From Campylobacterota bacterium (GTDB lineage: Bacteria; Campylobacterota; Campylobacteria; Campylobacterales; Arcobacteraceae): DNA of 64,000 nt. The first letter of the stretch is position 1. Each line of letters starts with the position of its first letter. Positions 8,483-18,087 of the stretch are shown in pieces. The DNA lies in the NCBI GenBank assembly GCA_051746405.1, contig JBNJFB010000006.1, positions 1 through 64,000 of the forward strand. Direction: 5' to 3'. The notes beneath the pieces were generated by a model, which was not told the DNA's origin, ran no database searches, and saw nothing but the letters and a program-made list of their open reading frames with translations. The translations under genes and the position numbers were made by a program.

Positions 8483-9644
8483 CTAAATATTCTTCCTTCC
8501 ACGTATATTTCCAACCAATTTTTAAGATATCAGACATTTTTATAAATTGTCCTTTTGTAGCTTCTTTCCACTCAATTTTCTGTCCAGCCAAATCTAAATC
8601 TTTTTTTAAAACATTTAAATATAACTTCTTAGCATTTAAATCATTTCGATTCGTATCTTCTAAATAAATATCTTGAAATTCTTCATCCCAACTAATTATA
8701 GAATTAGTGTCCAATAAGTTTTTGTCATTTTCACTAATTTCTCCATCTTGTAAAAATGTATTTAAATTAGTTTCTATGGCTAATTTATAATAGTCTGCAT
8801 CAAAAACCTTTTCTTTATCAAAACCTATATGCAGTAATTGTTTGGCAAAAGTATGATTTAAAATACTTTCATTATTCTTTCTTTCAATATTTGTTATGAA
8901 TGGCAACCTTTCACTTTTAGCATTTTGAAAAATCATCAAGGTATCTGTATAAAATATATCTCTTGTTATTTCAAAGTCTTTTTTATCTTTTACAATATCA
9001 AAAAACTTTTCCTTATACAATCCTGTTAATTCATGGAAAACTTTACTAACTCGGCCTATCTTAATACTTCTTCCAAATTGTATTTCTTGTTTAACTACTC
9101 CAATAATATCATTAAGGTCAAAAATAAATTCTATTTTTAAAACAAAATTTTTAAGTAAGAGATTTTCTAAAGTTATTAAATTCTCTATATAATCTTTATT
9201 GGTATTATCATCCTCTAAACTATTAATATAATCAGATATTTTATTTCTAAAACTTACAATATCTTGATTATATTTTAAGTCTTTTAATGCGTTTAAAAAT
9301 AAATGTTTTTCACTTTCAGCTTTATTCGTTATAAATACAAAGTTAGTGCTAGTTATAAAATTACTTTTATCTACTTCTTGATTAATTACATCAACCCAAT
9401 TTGATAATGTCTTCCATAAATCAATATCAGATGTTGTTAGATTTTTAGGGTTACCATATTGATTAGTTTGTCTAGTATGTTTCAACTGTATGAAAGAAAG
9501 TGTTTTATTATTTTCTATATGTACATCATCTTTCACTTCAAAGCCTACCTTTTCATCGGTATTTAATTTTAACATTTCTAATAAAAAATAATAAAACTGA
9601 TATTCAAATCCTAATATCTTATCATCTGCTCTAGTAGAACTCAT
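8472..9644 (-). CDS. lmuA: Lamassu effector LmuA with N-terminal Cap4-like PD-(D/E)xK nuclease domain
   Basis: GFEYQFYYFL...FEVKDDV...IQLKHT...DLWKTLSNW N-terminus; first gene of the effector-middle component-ATPase triad. Confidence 0.75.
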   Translation of the reverse strand: MSSTRADDKILGFEYQFYYFLLEMLKLNTDEKVGFEVKDDVHIENNKTLSFIQLKHTRQTNQYGNPKNLTTSDIDLWKTLSNWVDVINQEVDKSNFITSTNFVFITNKAESEKHLFLNALKDLKYNQDIVSFRNKISDYINSLEDDNTNKDYIENLITLENLLLKNFVLKIEFIFDLNDIIGVVKQEIQFGRSIKIGRVSKVFHELTGLYKEKFFDIVKDKKDFEITRDIFYTDTLMIFQNAKSERLPFITNIERKNNESILNHTFAKQLLHIGFDKEKVFDADYYKLAIETNLNTFLQDGEISENDKNLLDTNSIISWDEEFQDIYLEDTNRNDLNAKKLYLNVLKKDLDLAGQKIEWKEATKGQFIKMSDILKIGWKYTWKEEYLDEI

Positions 9645-9646
9645 TT

Positions 9647-10870
9647 TTATCCCTCAATAGTTGCCATTTTTGAAAGTAGAATACGAAGCAACACTTTTTC
9701 AATGGCTATTTCTTTCTCCATCAAGATTTGTTGATTAAATATCTTATTCACTATACTACTAAATTTACTACATGCTATTTTGCTTGGAATTAAAGCTTTA
9801 TAATTTTTCATCATAGTTCCAGATATTTCTGCAAAAGTTGAACCTGTACTTTCATTAGCAATATTTTCTGTATTAAATTTAAGATAATAATAGACAAATT
9901 CACTTCCTATATCTTTTTTAGGTACTATAGACTTAAATCCTTGATTTGTACAAACTTCATTCATATTTATTGCTAAATATCCAATAGGTGCTCTTGATGA
10001 AAATAAAACACTATTTTTAGGCATTAATTTTGTACTGCTTTTTTTATATCCTAGTTCACTAATATTGAATTCACCTTGGTATATAAACTTATAGTTTTCT
10101 TTTGATAAGTCTTTTGGGGTAATCCATATCATTCCATTCTCATCCCAATAATCTGGATTATCTTTTGATGGTGTAGCTCCTCCAACAACTTCTCCGAGGT
10201 CTTCCATTTTCCCATAATTCCATCCCTCAGGAATTTCTAGATCTAACTCATCACAGTATTCCATTTCACCACCATTTGATTTGTATGGCTTACCGTTTTG
10301 ATCTGGAAACTCGAAGTTCACAAACCACTCTTTATAGATGCTTTGTGCTGTATGTTCTAGTTTATGATTTAATTTTTCATTTAGTTTGATTCTATCTGTG
10401 ATAGTGTGATACTCTTTTACTATCTCTTTTTGTTTTTCAGGTGATGGAACTGGTAGCTGCATAGCACAAAAGTCTTCCCACTCTAAACTACCTCTTACAC
10501 CACCAACAGCATAAAAACAAGCTTCTCGATCGAACTCATCTCTACTCATCCACATCATAAGATACTCAGGTAACAATTCATTTGTGTCTATAATTTCAAA
10601 CACCGGATAAGCTTGAGAAATAATAGCTTCATCATCTTGCATAAGTGCAACAGGTATTTTTCCATCTCTCCTAACTTGCATTAAACTACAAGCAAATTGA
10701 TTTTTTTTAATCAACTTATAATTTTTCATATTTGTACCAATTGTATTTGCAACAGATGGTATAAATTTTTTATTTACAGTAACACCAACTAAAGGTAAAT
10801 CTTTTAATTCTTTATTTCGATTATCTACTAGCTGAATATAGTTTCCAATTGGCTTATAGTTTGATTTCAT
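9647..10870 (-). CDS. hsdS: Type I R-M specificity subunit
   Basis: Two TRDs joined by LEHTAQSIYKEWFVNFEFP...EIPEGW; GGATPSK, SSRAPIG, NQGFKS, GSTFAEIS motifs; overlaps the hsdM end. Confidence 0.95.
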   Translation of the reverse strand: MKSNYKPIGNYIQLVDNRNKELKDLPLVGVTVNKKFIPSVANTIGTNMKNYKLIKKNQFACSLMQVRRDGKIPVALMQDDEAIISQAYPVFEIIDTNELLPEYLMMWMSRDEFDREACFYAVGGVRGSLEWEDFCAMQLPVPSPEKQKEIVKEYHTITDRIKLNEKLNHKLEHTAQSIYKEWFVNFEFPDQNGKPYKSNGGEMEYCDELDLEIPEGWNYGKMEDLGEVVGGATPSKDNPDYWDENGMIWITPKDLSKENYKFIYQGEFNISELGYKKSSTKLMPKNSVLFSSRAPIGYLAINMNEVCTNQGFKSIVPKKDIGSEFVYYYLKFNTENIANESTGSTFAEISGTMMKNYKALIPSKIACSKFSSIVNKIFNQQILMEKEIAIEKVLLRILLSKMATIEG

Positions 10871-12422
10871 AACCCAACTCTTTAAATACTGTTAATAATT
10901 CTTTTTTAGATTGTTCTTCTTGTTTTAAAAGCTCAGTAAATTCATTTTGAAGACTTGTCATTTTTGTATCAAAGTCAATGTTTTCATCTCTATTTGTAAA
11001 CTCTATATATTTACTAGGAACAAGTGAATAGTCTTTTTTCTCTACTTCATCTTTTGAAGCACTGTAACAGTACTCAGCTATATCTTTATAAGTTTCTTTA
11101 TCTCTTTGCCATGTATGATAAGTAGTAGATATTTCATTTATTGTTTCTTCATCAAACTGAGTAAATTTCTTTTCAAAAGAAACACCTTTTTGTCTTAAAT
11201 CCATAAAAAGTATCTCTTTAGTTCTATCTCTATGAACTTTATTTACTCCATTTTGTTCAAACTCTCTTTTCTCTTTATTTGCATTTAAAATCCAAATAGT
11301 TACACTAATATTTGTTGTATAAAACATATTTTGAGGAAGTATTAAAATAGCCTCTACCAAATCATTCTCTATAAGTTTTTTTCGTATTTTATACTCTTCT
11401 CCACCACCACTTAATGCACCATTTGCAAGGATAAAACCAGCAACTCCATTAACAGATAGTTTTGATACCATATTCAGTATCCATCCGTAGTTTGCATTTG
11501 ATGCTGGAGGTACATCATATCCAGCCCATCTAGGATCATCTAGTAGTTCATTTGCACCTCTCCAATCTTTTTGGTTAAATGGAGGATTTGCCATGATAAA
11601 GTCGGCTTTTAAATCTTGGTGTTGGTCTTTTGAAAATGTATCAGCTGGCACATCTCCAAGATTTGCAGATATTCCTCTAATAGCTAGATTCATCTTTGCT
11701 AGTTTATAGGTAGTTGATGTATATTCTTGTCCATAGATAGAAATATCTTTTTTATTTCCATTGTGAGCATCTATAAACTTCATAGACTGTACAAACATAC
11801 CGCCAGAACCACAAGCAGGGTCATATATCTTACCTTTGTATGGTTCTATCATATTTGCTATAAGATTTACAATAGATTTTGGAGTATAGAACTCCCCTTT
11901 TCCTTTACCCTCAGCGATGGCAAATTTACTCAAAAAGTATTCATACACACGACCTACTATATCATGACCCTTGTCTTCTATAGTATTGATGTTGTTGATA
12001 GTATCTATAAGAGAAGATAGTTTAGAAGCGTCAAGACCTAGTCTTGAGAAGTAGTTATCAGGTAATGCACCTTTTAAAGATGGATTGTTTTTTTCAACTG
12101 TAGATAATGCAGTATCTATTTTAAGAGCTATATCATCTTGTTTTGCATTTTGTTTGATATATGACCATCTTGAGTTCTCAGGTAAATAGAATACATTCTC
12201 CATAGTATAAAATTCTACCATATCAACAAATGCTTCTTTACCTTCTTTTATTAACTGTTCATGTCTTTCTTCAAATGTATCACTAACAAACTTTAAGAAG
12301 ATTAGTCCTAAAACTATATGTTTGTATTCACTTGATTCAACTGTTCCTCTTAATTTGTTTGCACTATCCCAAAGTGTTTCTTCCATACTTTTTTGTTTTT
12401 TTGTAGATTTTGCTTTTGCCAT
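10854..12422 (-). CDS. hsdM: Type I R-M N6-adenine methyltransferase subunit
   Basis: LWDSANKLRG, GEFYTP, motif I DPACGSGG, motif IV NPPF; start placed at MAKAK (12422) after an AAGGA RBS. Confidence 0.95.
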   Translation of the reverse strand: MAKAKSTKKQKSMEETLWDSANKLRGTVESSEYKHIVLGLIFLKFVSDTFEERHEQLIKEGKEAFVDMVEFYTMENVFYLPENSRWSYIKQNAKQDDIALKIDTALSTVEKNNPSLKGALPDNYFSRLGLDASKLSSLIDTINNINTIEDKGHDIVGRVYEYFLSKFAIAEGKGKGEFYTPKSIVNLIANMIEPYKGKIYDPACGSGGMFVQSMKFIDAHNGNKKDISIYGQEYTSTTYKLAKMNLAIRGISANLGDVPADTFSKDQHQDLKADFIMANPPFNQKDWRGANELLDDPRWAGYDVPPASNANYGWILNMVSKLSVNGVAGFILANGALSGGGEEYKIRKKLIENDLVEAILILPQNMFYTTNISVTIWILNANKEKREFEQNGVNKVHRDRTKEILFMDLRQKGVSFEKKFTQFDEETINEISTTYHTWQRDKETYKDIAEYCYSASKDEVEKKDYSLVPSKYIEFTNRDENIDFDTKMTSLQNEFTELLKQEEQSKKELLTVFKELGYEIKL

Positions 12423-12524
12423 TAAATATAAAATCCTTATATTATTTTTAATTATCATATCTAAATAATTTTTAATACTTTGTTATTTTTTAAATTAATT
12501 TTTGAGATAGGGAACTCTAAAGAT

Positions 12525-13292
12525 TTATATTAGTTTCTCCTGCCCAATCCGATAAAGAGCAAAGTCATACTTCACAGGGTCACTTATATCAAACTGCTTT
12601 AGTTTTTCAGTTATTAAAATGGCTGATTTTAAGTCATAGGTTTTTCTCTCACATAGTCCCAACTTTTGTGATACTTTAAAAGTATGTGTATCAAGGGGTA
12701 GTATCAAATCTTTTTTATCTATATTTTTCCAAAGTCCCATATCAAGATTATCTTTTCTTACCATCCATCTAAGATACATATTCCATCTTTTATATGGTGC
12801 ATTTCCTATATGTTTTATGCTATTTTTTTTATCTCTTTTAAATGGACTTGAAATCAAAAAAGTAAAGCCACGGGAATGGTATGAAGACTCTTGATATATA
12901 GCAGATATAAGTGTATCCAAACCATCTAAGATACTATTTTCTTTTTTGTACCCTTCATAAAAGATACTATTTAAACTATCTTTTTGTCTTAATCGTCTAA
13001 AAGCTTTAAATATATTTTTAATATCTTCGCTATTTTGAAACCTATAATAAAAACTTTCTAATTCTTTATCTATTATATCTTCACTCTCACCTAAAAGCTC
13101 AAAGTTTAAACTATCTAAAAACTTCACTATAAGTTTTGCATTTCCATATCCAAAAAGTGCACATAAAAGTATTATATACTCATCATCATATCTACTTGCA
13201 ACTAAAAGAGGGTCAGGTTTTTCGTATGAAAGTTCACAATCTGTATTTCTACTACACACTTGCTTGTCTAAAAGCTTCTTTATTTCTTGCAT
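12525..13292 (-). CDS. TIGR02757/DUF2400 family protein
   Basis: KRWNMYLRWMVRKD, PLDTHT, DPVKYDFAL motifs. Confidence 0.85.
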   Translation of the reverse strand: MQEIKKLLDKQVCSRNTDCELSYEKPDPLLVASRYDDEYIILLCALFGYGNAKLIVKFLDSLNFELLGESEDIIDKELESFYYRFQNSEDIKNIFKAFRRLRQKDSLNSIFYEGYKKENSILDGLDTLISAIYQESSYHSRGFTFLISSPFKRDKKNSIKHIGNAPYKRWNMYLRWMVRKDNLDMGLWKNIDKKDLILPLDTHTFKVSQKLGLCERKTYDLKSAILITEKLKQFDISDPVKYDFALYRIGQEKLI

Positions 13293-13339
13293 TATTCACC
13301 TAAATTTTTATATTTGGCGTATTACCAAATATAAAAAAA

Positions 13340-15601
13340 TTAATTTAATTTTTGAGCTACTAACTTATTTACAATTTGAGGGTTTGCTTTTCCACCTGTT
13401 GCTTTTAAAACTTGTCCTACAAAGAAACCCAAAAGCTTACTGTTTCCTGCTTTGAACTTCTCTACATTTTCAGGATTTTTAGAAACCACCTCATCAATAA
13501 TAGAAGAAATTATCTCAGGGTTGCTTATTTGAACTAATCCTTTCTCTTCTACTATTTGTTTTGGGTCATTTCCTGTTTTTGCCATCTGCTCAAATACTTG
13601 CTTTGCAATTTTTGTAGAGATAGTCCCATCATCTATCATCTTTACAAGCTGTGCTATTTGCTTCTCATCAAACTTCAACTCACTTGCTTCTTGCTCTTTT
13701 AAGACTCTTGCTACTTCTGTTACTACAATATTTGCTAAACTAACTGCACTATTTTCTATATCTTCTAACGCTTTTTCATAAAAAGAGGATAGATACGCAT
13801 CCCTTGCTAGTGTATTTGAAACTGCATCATTTAAACCAAGAGTTTTAGAATACTTCTCATAAAGTGCTTTTTGCTCTTGTGTCATAGGGACTTCTTCACC
13901 GTCTATTTGTACTTTTTTCTCTTGAGTTTTTTGTGCGTTTGGCTGTGGATTCTCTTTTTTTGTTTTTTTAGCCCATGAGTCTTTTAATCCTACGATTTTA
14001 TTAAACACTGGTTTTTCATCTTTATAATCAATTGGATCTGCATAAAAATATCCCTGTCTTTCAAACTGAAATCTCTTATCTGGTTTATCTGTTATAACAG
14101 CTGGTTCTACTAGTGCATCTTTTATTATTTTTAGTGAGTTTGGATTTAAATCTTCTAAATCTTCAGGTATTTCGCTTTTATAAAGCCTATCATAAAGCCT
14201 AACTTCTGCTTTGATAGACTCTTTTGCACTTACCCACTGAATAGCACTTTTTACTTTTATACCACTTGTGTCATTTCCACTTTTTGAGTTTGGATAGTAT
14301 TGAGCTTTTATCTCTACTATATTTCCAGCACTATCTTTAATAACTTCCTTACAAGAGATAATATACCCATGTCTTAATCTCACAGGTTGATTAGGAGTTA
14401 ATCTATAGTAACCCTTTGGAGGAGTTTCACTAAAATCTTCTCTTTCTATATATAACTCTTTTGAGAAAGGTATTTTTCTAGTACCCTCTTTTGGTACATC
14501 ATGTGGATAGTATGAAGCATCTATTTTTTCACTTCCCTCATAATTTTCAATAGTTACTTTAAGTGGGTCAAGTACAGCCATAACCCTTGGGACTTTTTTG
14601 TTTAAATCATCTCTGATTGAGTACTCTAACTGAGCCACATCAACCATAGAGTTTGCTTTTGCTACACCTATACTCTCACAGAAGTTCACAATAGACTCTT
14701 TGGTGTATCCTCTTCTTTTGTATCCTGCAATAGTTGGCATTCTTGGGTCATCCCAACCACTTACATAGCCACCTTCAACCAACTCCAAAAGCTTTCTTTT
14801 ACTCATAACAGTATAATTAATATTTAATCTTGCAAACTCATGCTGATATGGTCTTGGAGGAGTTAGTTTTAAAGTGTCTAAAACCCAGTCATATATATCT
14901 CTGTTGTTTTCAAACTCTAAAGTACATATAGAGTGAGTAACCCCTTCAATATAGTCAGATAAACAGTGAGCAAAATCATACATAGGATAGATACACCACT
15001 TATCCCCTGTTCTAAAGTGATGAGCACGTCTAATTCTATAAAGCAAAGGATCCCTTAGCTTCATATTCGCCGCACTCATATCAATTCTTGCTCTTAATAC
15101 ATGCTCACTATCTTTAAACTCACCATTTTTCATTCTTTTAAAAAGGTCTAAGTTCTCTTCTACGCTTCTATTTGCATATTCACTTCTTTTTCCAGCTTGA
15201 GTTACAGTACCTCTGTACTGTCTCATCTGCTCTTCACTAATACTATCAACATATGCTTTACCCATTTTAATAAGTTTTATAGCATATTCGTACATTTCTT
15301 GAAAATAATCAGATGTGAAGTTAACACTTCCACCCCAATCAAATCCCAGCCACTGTACAGCATCTTTCAACGCTTCCACATACTTAGTATCTTCTTTTGT
15401 AGGGTTTGTATCATCCATTCTTAAATTACAATGACCTTTATAGTCATTTGCAATACCAAAATTTATACAAATAGATTTAGCGTGTCCTATATGAGGAAAT
15501 CCATTTGGCTCAGGAGGAAATCTAGTAACCACCTTTTCATACTTACCATTTTTTAAGTCCTCTTCAACTTTAACACGTAAAAAGTCTTTATGCTCACTCA
15601 T
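13340..15601 (-). CDS. glnS: Glutamine--tRNA ligase with C-terminal YqeY/GatB-like domain
   Basis: TRFPPEPNGFPHIGH, HSICTLEF, VMSKRK, FQFERQGYF; C-terminal GFFVGQVLKATGGKANP YqeY domain. Confidence 0.93.
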   Translation of the reverse strand: MSEHKDFLRVKVEEDLKNGKYEKVVTRFPPEPNGFPHIGHAKSICINFGIANDYKGHCNLRMDDTNPTKEDTKYVEALKDAVQWLGFDWGGSVNFTSDYFQEMYEYAIKLIKMGKAYVDSISEEQMRQYRGTVTQAGKRSEYANRSVEENLDLFKRMKNGEFKDSEHVLRARIDMSAANMKLRDPLLYRIRRAHHFRTGDKWCIYPMYDFAHCLSDYIEGVTHSICTLEFENNRDIYDWVLDTLKLTPPRPYQHEFARLNINYTVMSKRKLLELVEGGYVSGWDDPRMPTIAGYKRRGYTKESIVNFCESIGVAKANSMVDVAQLEYSIRDDLNKKVPRVMAVLDPLKVTIENYEGSEKIDASYYPHDVPKEGTRKIPFSKELYIEREDFSETPPKGYYRLTPNQPVRLRHGYIISCKEVIKDSAGNIVEIKAQYYPNSKSGNDTSGIKVKSAIQWVSAKESIKAEVRLYDRLYKSEIPEDLEDLNPNSLKIIKDALVEPAVITDKPDKRFQFERQGYFYADPIDYKDEKPVFNKIVGLKDSWAKKTKKENPQPNAQKTQEKKVQIDGEEVPMTQEQKALYEKYSKTLGLNDAVSNTLARDAYLSSFYEKALEDIENSAVSLANIVVTEVARVLKEQEASELKFDEKQIAQLVKMIDDGTISTKIAKQVFEQMAKTGNDPKQIVEEKGLVQISNPEIISSIIDEVVSKNPENVEKFKAGNSKLLGFFVGQVLKATGGKANPQIVNKLVAQKLN

Positions 15602-15693
15602 TGTTATTAAACCTTTTGATTTTGAAACTTTTTTAAATGAGACATTTTATCAAATTTGTGCTTATAGCACCTTAGAATAGCCTCTTAACTTTT

Positions 15694-17604
15694 TTATGTA
15701 GGCAACTTGATTTCAAATACAGCACCTTTAAACAGACTATTTTTGTAAGTAAAAGAAGTATTGTAAACTTCTAAAGTTCCATTCATATTTTTTTCTATAA
15801 TCTCTTTACTCATATATAGTCCTATTCCTGTACCTTGTGATTGGTGTTTTGTGGTAAAATATGGTTCAAATATCCTATCTATTATATTTTCAGGTACCCC
15901 TCCTGCATTATCTTTTATTTGAATTTTAATTTTATCTTTATGCCTACAGGTATCTAAAAAAACAACTTTTTCAACTTCCTTATCTTTTTTTAGAAGCTCA
16001 TCTCTTGCATTATTTAAAAGATTTATTATTACTTGTACAAGTTCATTTTTAAAGCACTCTAGTTCAAAATCTTCTTTATTTCTCATAATCTTTATATTTT
16101 TATTATGAAACTGTGTCTTTACTAAGGATATTGCACTATCAAAACTACTTTGAATATTAAAACGCTTTTTATTTTTATCTGTTTTAAAAAAGTCCCTAAA
16201 ATCATCTATTGTATTTGATAGATATTGAACTGTATTGTTTATACTATCAAGTCCTTCAATTAGAAACTTATCATCTAAAATATTCATCTCTTTTTGAAGT
16301 TTTAATCCAGTTGAAGTTGTTGATATAGTTGAAAGAGGTTGTCTCCATTGATGAGCTATATTTCCAATCATCTCACCCATAGCTGCCATCTTTGATTGTT
16401 GAGATAAAAGAGTTTGTTGTCTTGTATTTTCCATGGCTTTTTCTTCTATAGCTTCTTTATATCTTAAAAACTTTTGCTGTAAAATTTTTGAAAAGTAAGA
16501 AGAGACCACAAGCAGTAATATAGTTACTAAAACTGTGATTTTTAGCGTCTTAAAAAGATAGTCTTCAAACTCTTCTTCTAGTTCAACTCTTCTTTGTTTT
16601 ATTGAGCTATTTATCTCATCTTCATAAAATCCTGAACCAATCATCCACTCCCAATCATTTAGCCCTTTTACAAAACTTGTTTTTTTGATAGGCTGGTCAA
16701 TACCTGGCTTTTTATTTTGAATATAAGTATAATACCCTTGACCTTTTTTAGAAATCTGTGTCAAATCATCAATAACTTTTTCTATATCAACTGTATCATT
16801 ATTTGTTACTGCATTTTTGTTTATAAAATCTTTTCTCATATGACTTAAATAGACAGAATCGTAATTTATAACAAAGATATAACCACTTTTATCATACCTA
16901 ATCTCACGGATATGTTTTAGTACTTTTTTTTGAATCTCTTTTTCAAAATCTTTTATATACTCACCTGTTCCTATAAACCAATCAAAAGGTTCAAATTTTT
17001 TTACAAGACCCATTTTTTTTCTTTGTTTCTTAGGATTTTTTGGGTTATACCAATACCATTCATAAAATGCTTTATCATTTTTTTTAAGTAGTGAGGTCAT
17101 ATCTTTTATAATATATGAACCCTTTGCATCTTGATGATTCCAAAAATCTTTGCCTTCAAGCTCAGGATTATGCGGTAGAAGTAAGTTTTTTCCCGTATTT
17201 TCATAAACAAAGTAGTACCCTCTACCATCTAAAAATCTAATATTTCTAAGGGCATCAATTATTAGTTTTTTTACAGTTTTTATATCCTTGTCTCTGTTTT
17301 GAAAGTAGATTGTTGAAGCAATTGCATGGGCATTATTAACAGCTTCATTAAGTGAGTTTTTTAATCTATTTTCCGTTTGTTTTTGTTCTCTTTTTATAAA
17401 ATCGTATATCTCTACAACCCTTTGTTTTATAAGAGCTTTGTTCTTTTGTGAAAACTCTGATTGTATACTATTTTTTTCATTCTCAAAACTAACTTTTGTT
17501 TTTGTATACTGAAAGACTAAAAATATAATTGCTACAATAATTACAAAAACAGACGGTGAGAATTTTATTATTTTTAATAATTGCTTTTCATTTTCAAATA
17601 TCAC
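15694..17604 (-). CDS. Cache-domain sensor histidine kinase (no adjacent regulator)
   Basis: Two TM segments, two Cache-like repeats (GYYFVY..., W.IG.G.Y), H-box IAHQWRQPL, NLLNNA, DNAGG, GTGIGL. Confidence 0.9.
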   Translation of the reverse strand: MIFENEKQLLKIIKFSPSVFVIIVAIIFLVFQYTKTKVSFENEKNSIQSEFSQKNKALIKQRVVEIYDFIKREQKQTENRLKNSLNEAVNNAHAIASTIYFQNRDKDIKTVKKLIIDALRNIRFLDGRGYYFVYENTGKNLLLPHNPELEGKDFWNHQDAKGSYIIKDMTSLLKKNDKAFYEWYWYNPKNPKKQRKKMGLVKKFEPFDWFIGTGEYIKDFEKEIQKKVLKHIREIRYDKSGYIFVINYDSVYLSHMRKDFINKNAVTNNDTVDIEKVIDDLTQISKKGQGYYTYIQNKKPGIDQPIKKTSFVKGLNDWEWMIGSGFYEDEINSSIKQRRVELEEEFEDYLFKTLKITVLVTILLLVVSSYFSKILQQKFLRYKEAIEEKAMENTRQQTLLSQQSKMAAMGEMIGNIAHQWRQPLSTISTTSTGLKLQKEMNILDDKFLIEGLDSINNTVQYLSNTIDDFRDFFKTDKNKKRFNIQSSFDSAISLVKTQFHNKNIKIMRNKEDFELECFKNELVQVIINLLNNARDELLKKDKEVEKVVFLDTCRHKDKIKIQIKDNAGGVPENIIDRIFEPYFTTKHQSQGTGIGLYMSKEIIEKNMNGTLEVYNTSFTYKNSLFKGAVFEIKLPT

Positions 17605-17668
17605 TTATACTCCTGTGTGATGTTTATTATAACAAAGGAAAAATAACAATATGCTTTTTTAGACTATC

Positions 17669-18016
17669 TTATAAGTCCACTTGTTTTTTAGTAACTCTTA
17701 ATACTATTTTTCTTAAAGCTTTTATAAAAGGATATACAATACTTCTAAAGAAATAGTTATCAAAAAATAAAACTCTTTTTTCACTTAAATCATTTAAAAA
17801 CAAAATAGCATCAACCCCTTGATAGATATCTTTATCATCTACTTTTATAATGTAGCCATTATTTATATCAAACCCTATAGTTTTTAAATACTTAATCTTT
17901 TCAGGATAATCTCTTGCATTTAATAGTATAAGCTCATGTGACTCTTTTAGTTTTATATATTTGGCATAGGAGTTACAAAAAGGGCACTCTTTGTCATAGT
18001 ACATCTCTATTTTCAT
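17669..18016 (-). CDS. DCC1-like thiol-disulfide oxidoreductase (DUF393)
   Basis: N-terminal YYDKECPFC motif. Confidence 0.8.
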   Translation of the reverse strand: MKIEMYYDKECPFCNSYAKYIKLKESHELILLNARDYPEKIKYLKTIGFDINNGYIIKVDDKDIYQGVDAILFLNDLSEKRVLFFDNYFFRSIVYPFIKALRKIVLRVTKKQVDL

Positions 18017-18087
18017 TTAATTAATACCTCTTTTTCTGTTATAATACCATCTTAAAAAAACAATTGAGCTTTAAACTAGGATAATAG

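Noticed and set aside
6044..10870. Invertible hsdS shufflon (phase-variable type I R-M)
   Set aside because: The second hsdS piece is in direct orientation, lacks a TRD, and no recombinase is present in the window.
12423..12524. Island attachment site or integrase boundary next to hsdM
   Set aside because: No tRNA, integrase or identifiable att repeat; the other boundary lies outside the window.
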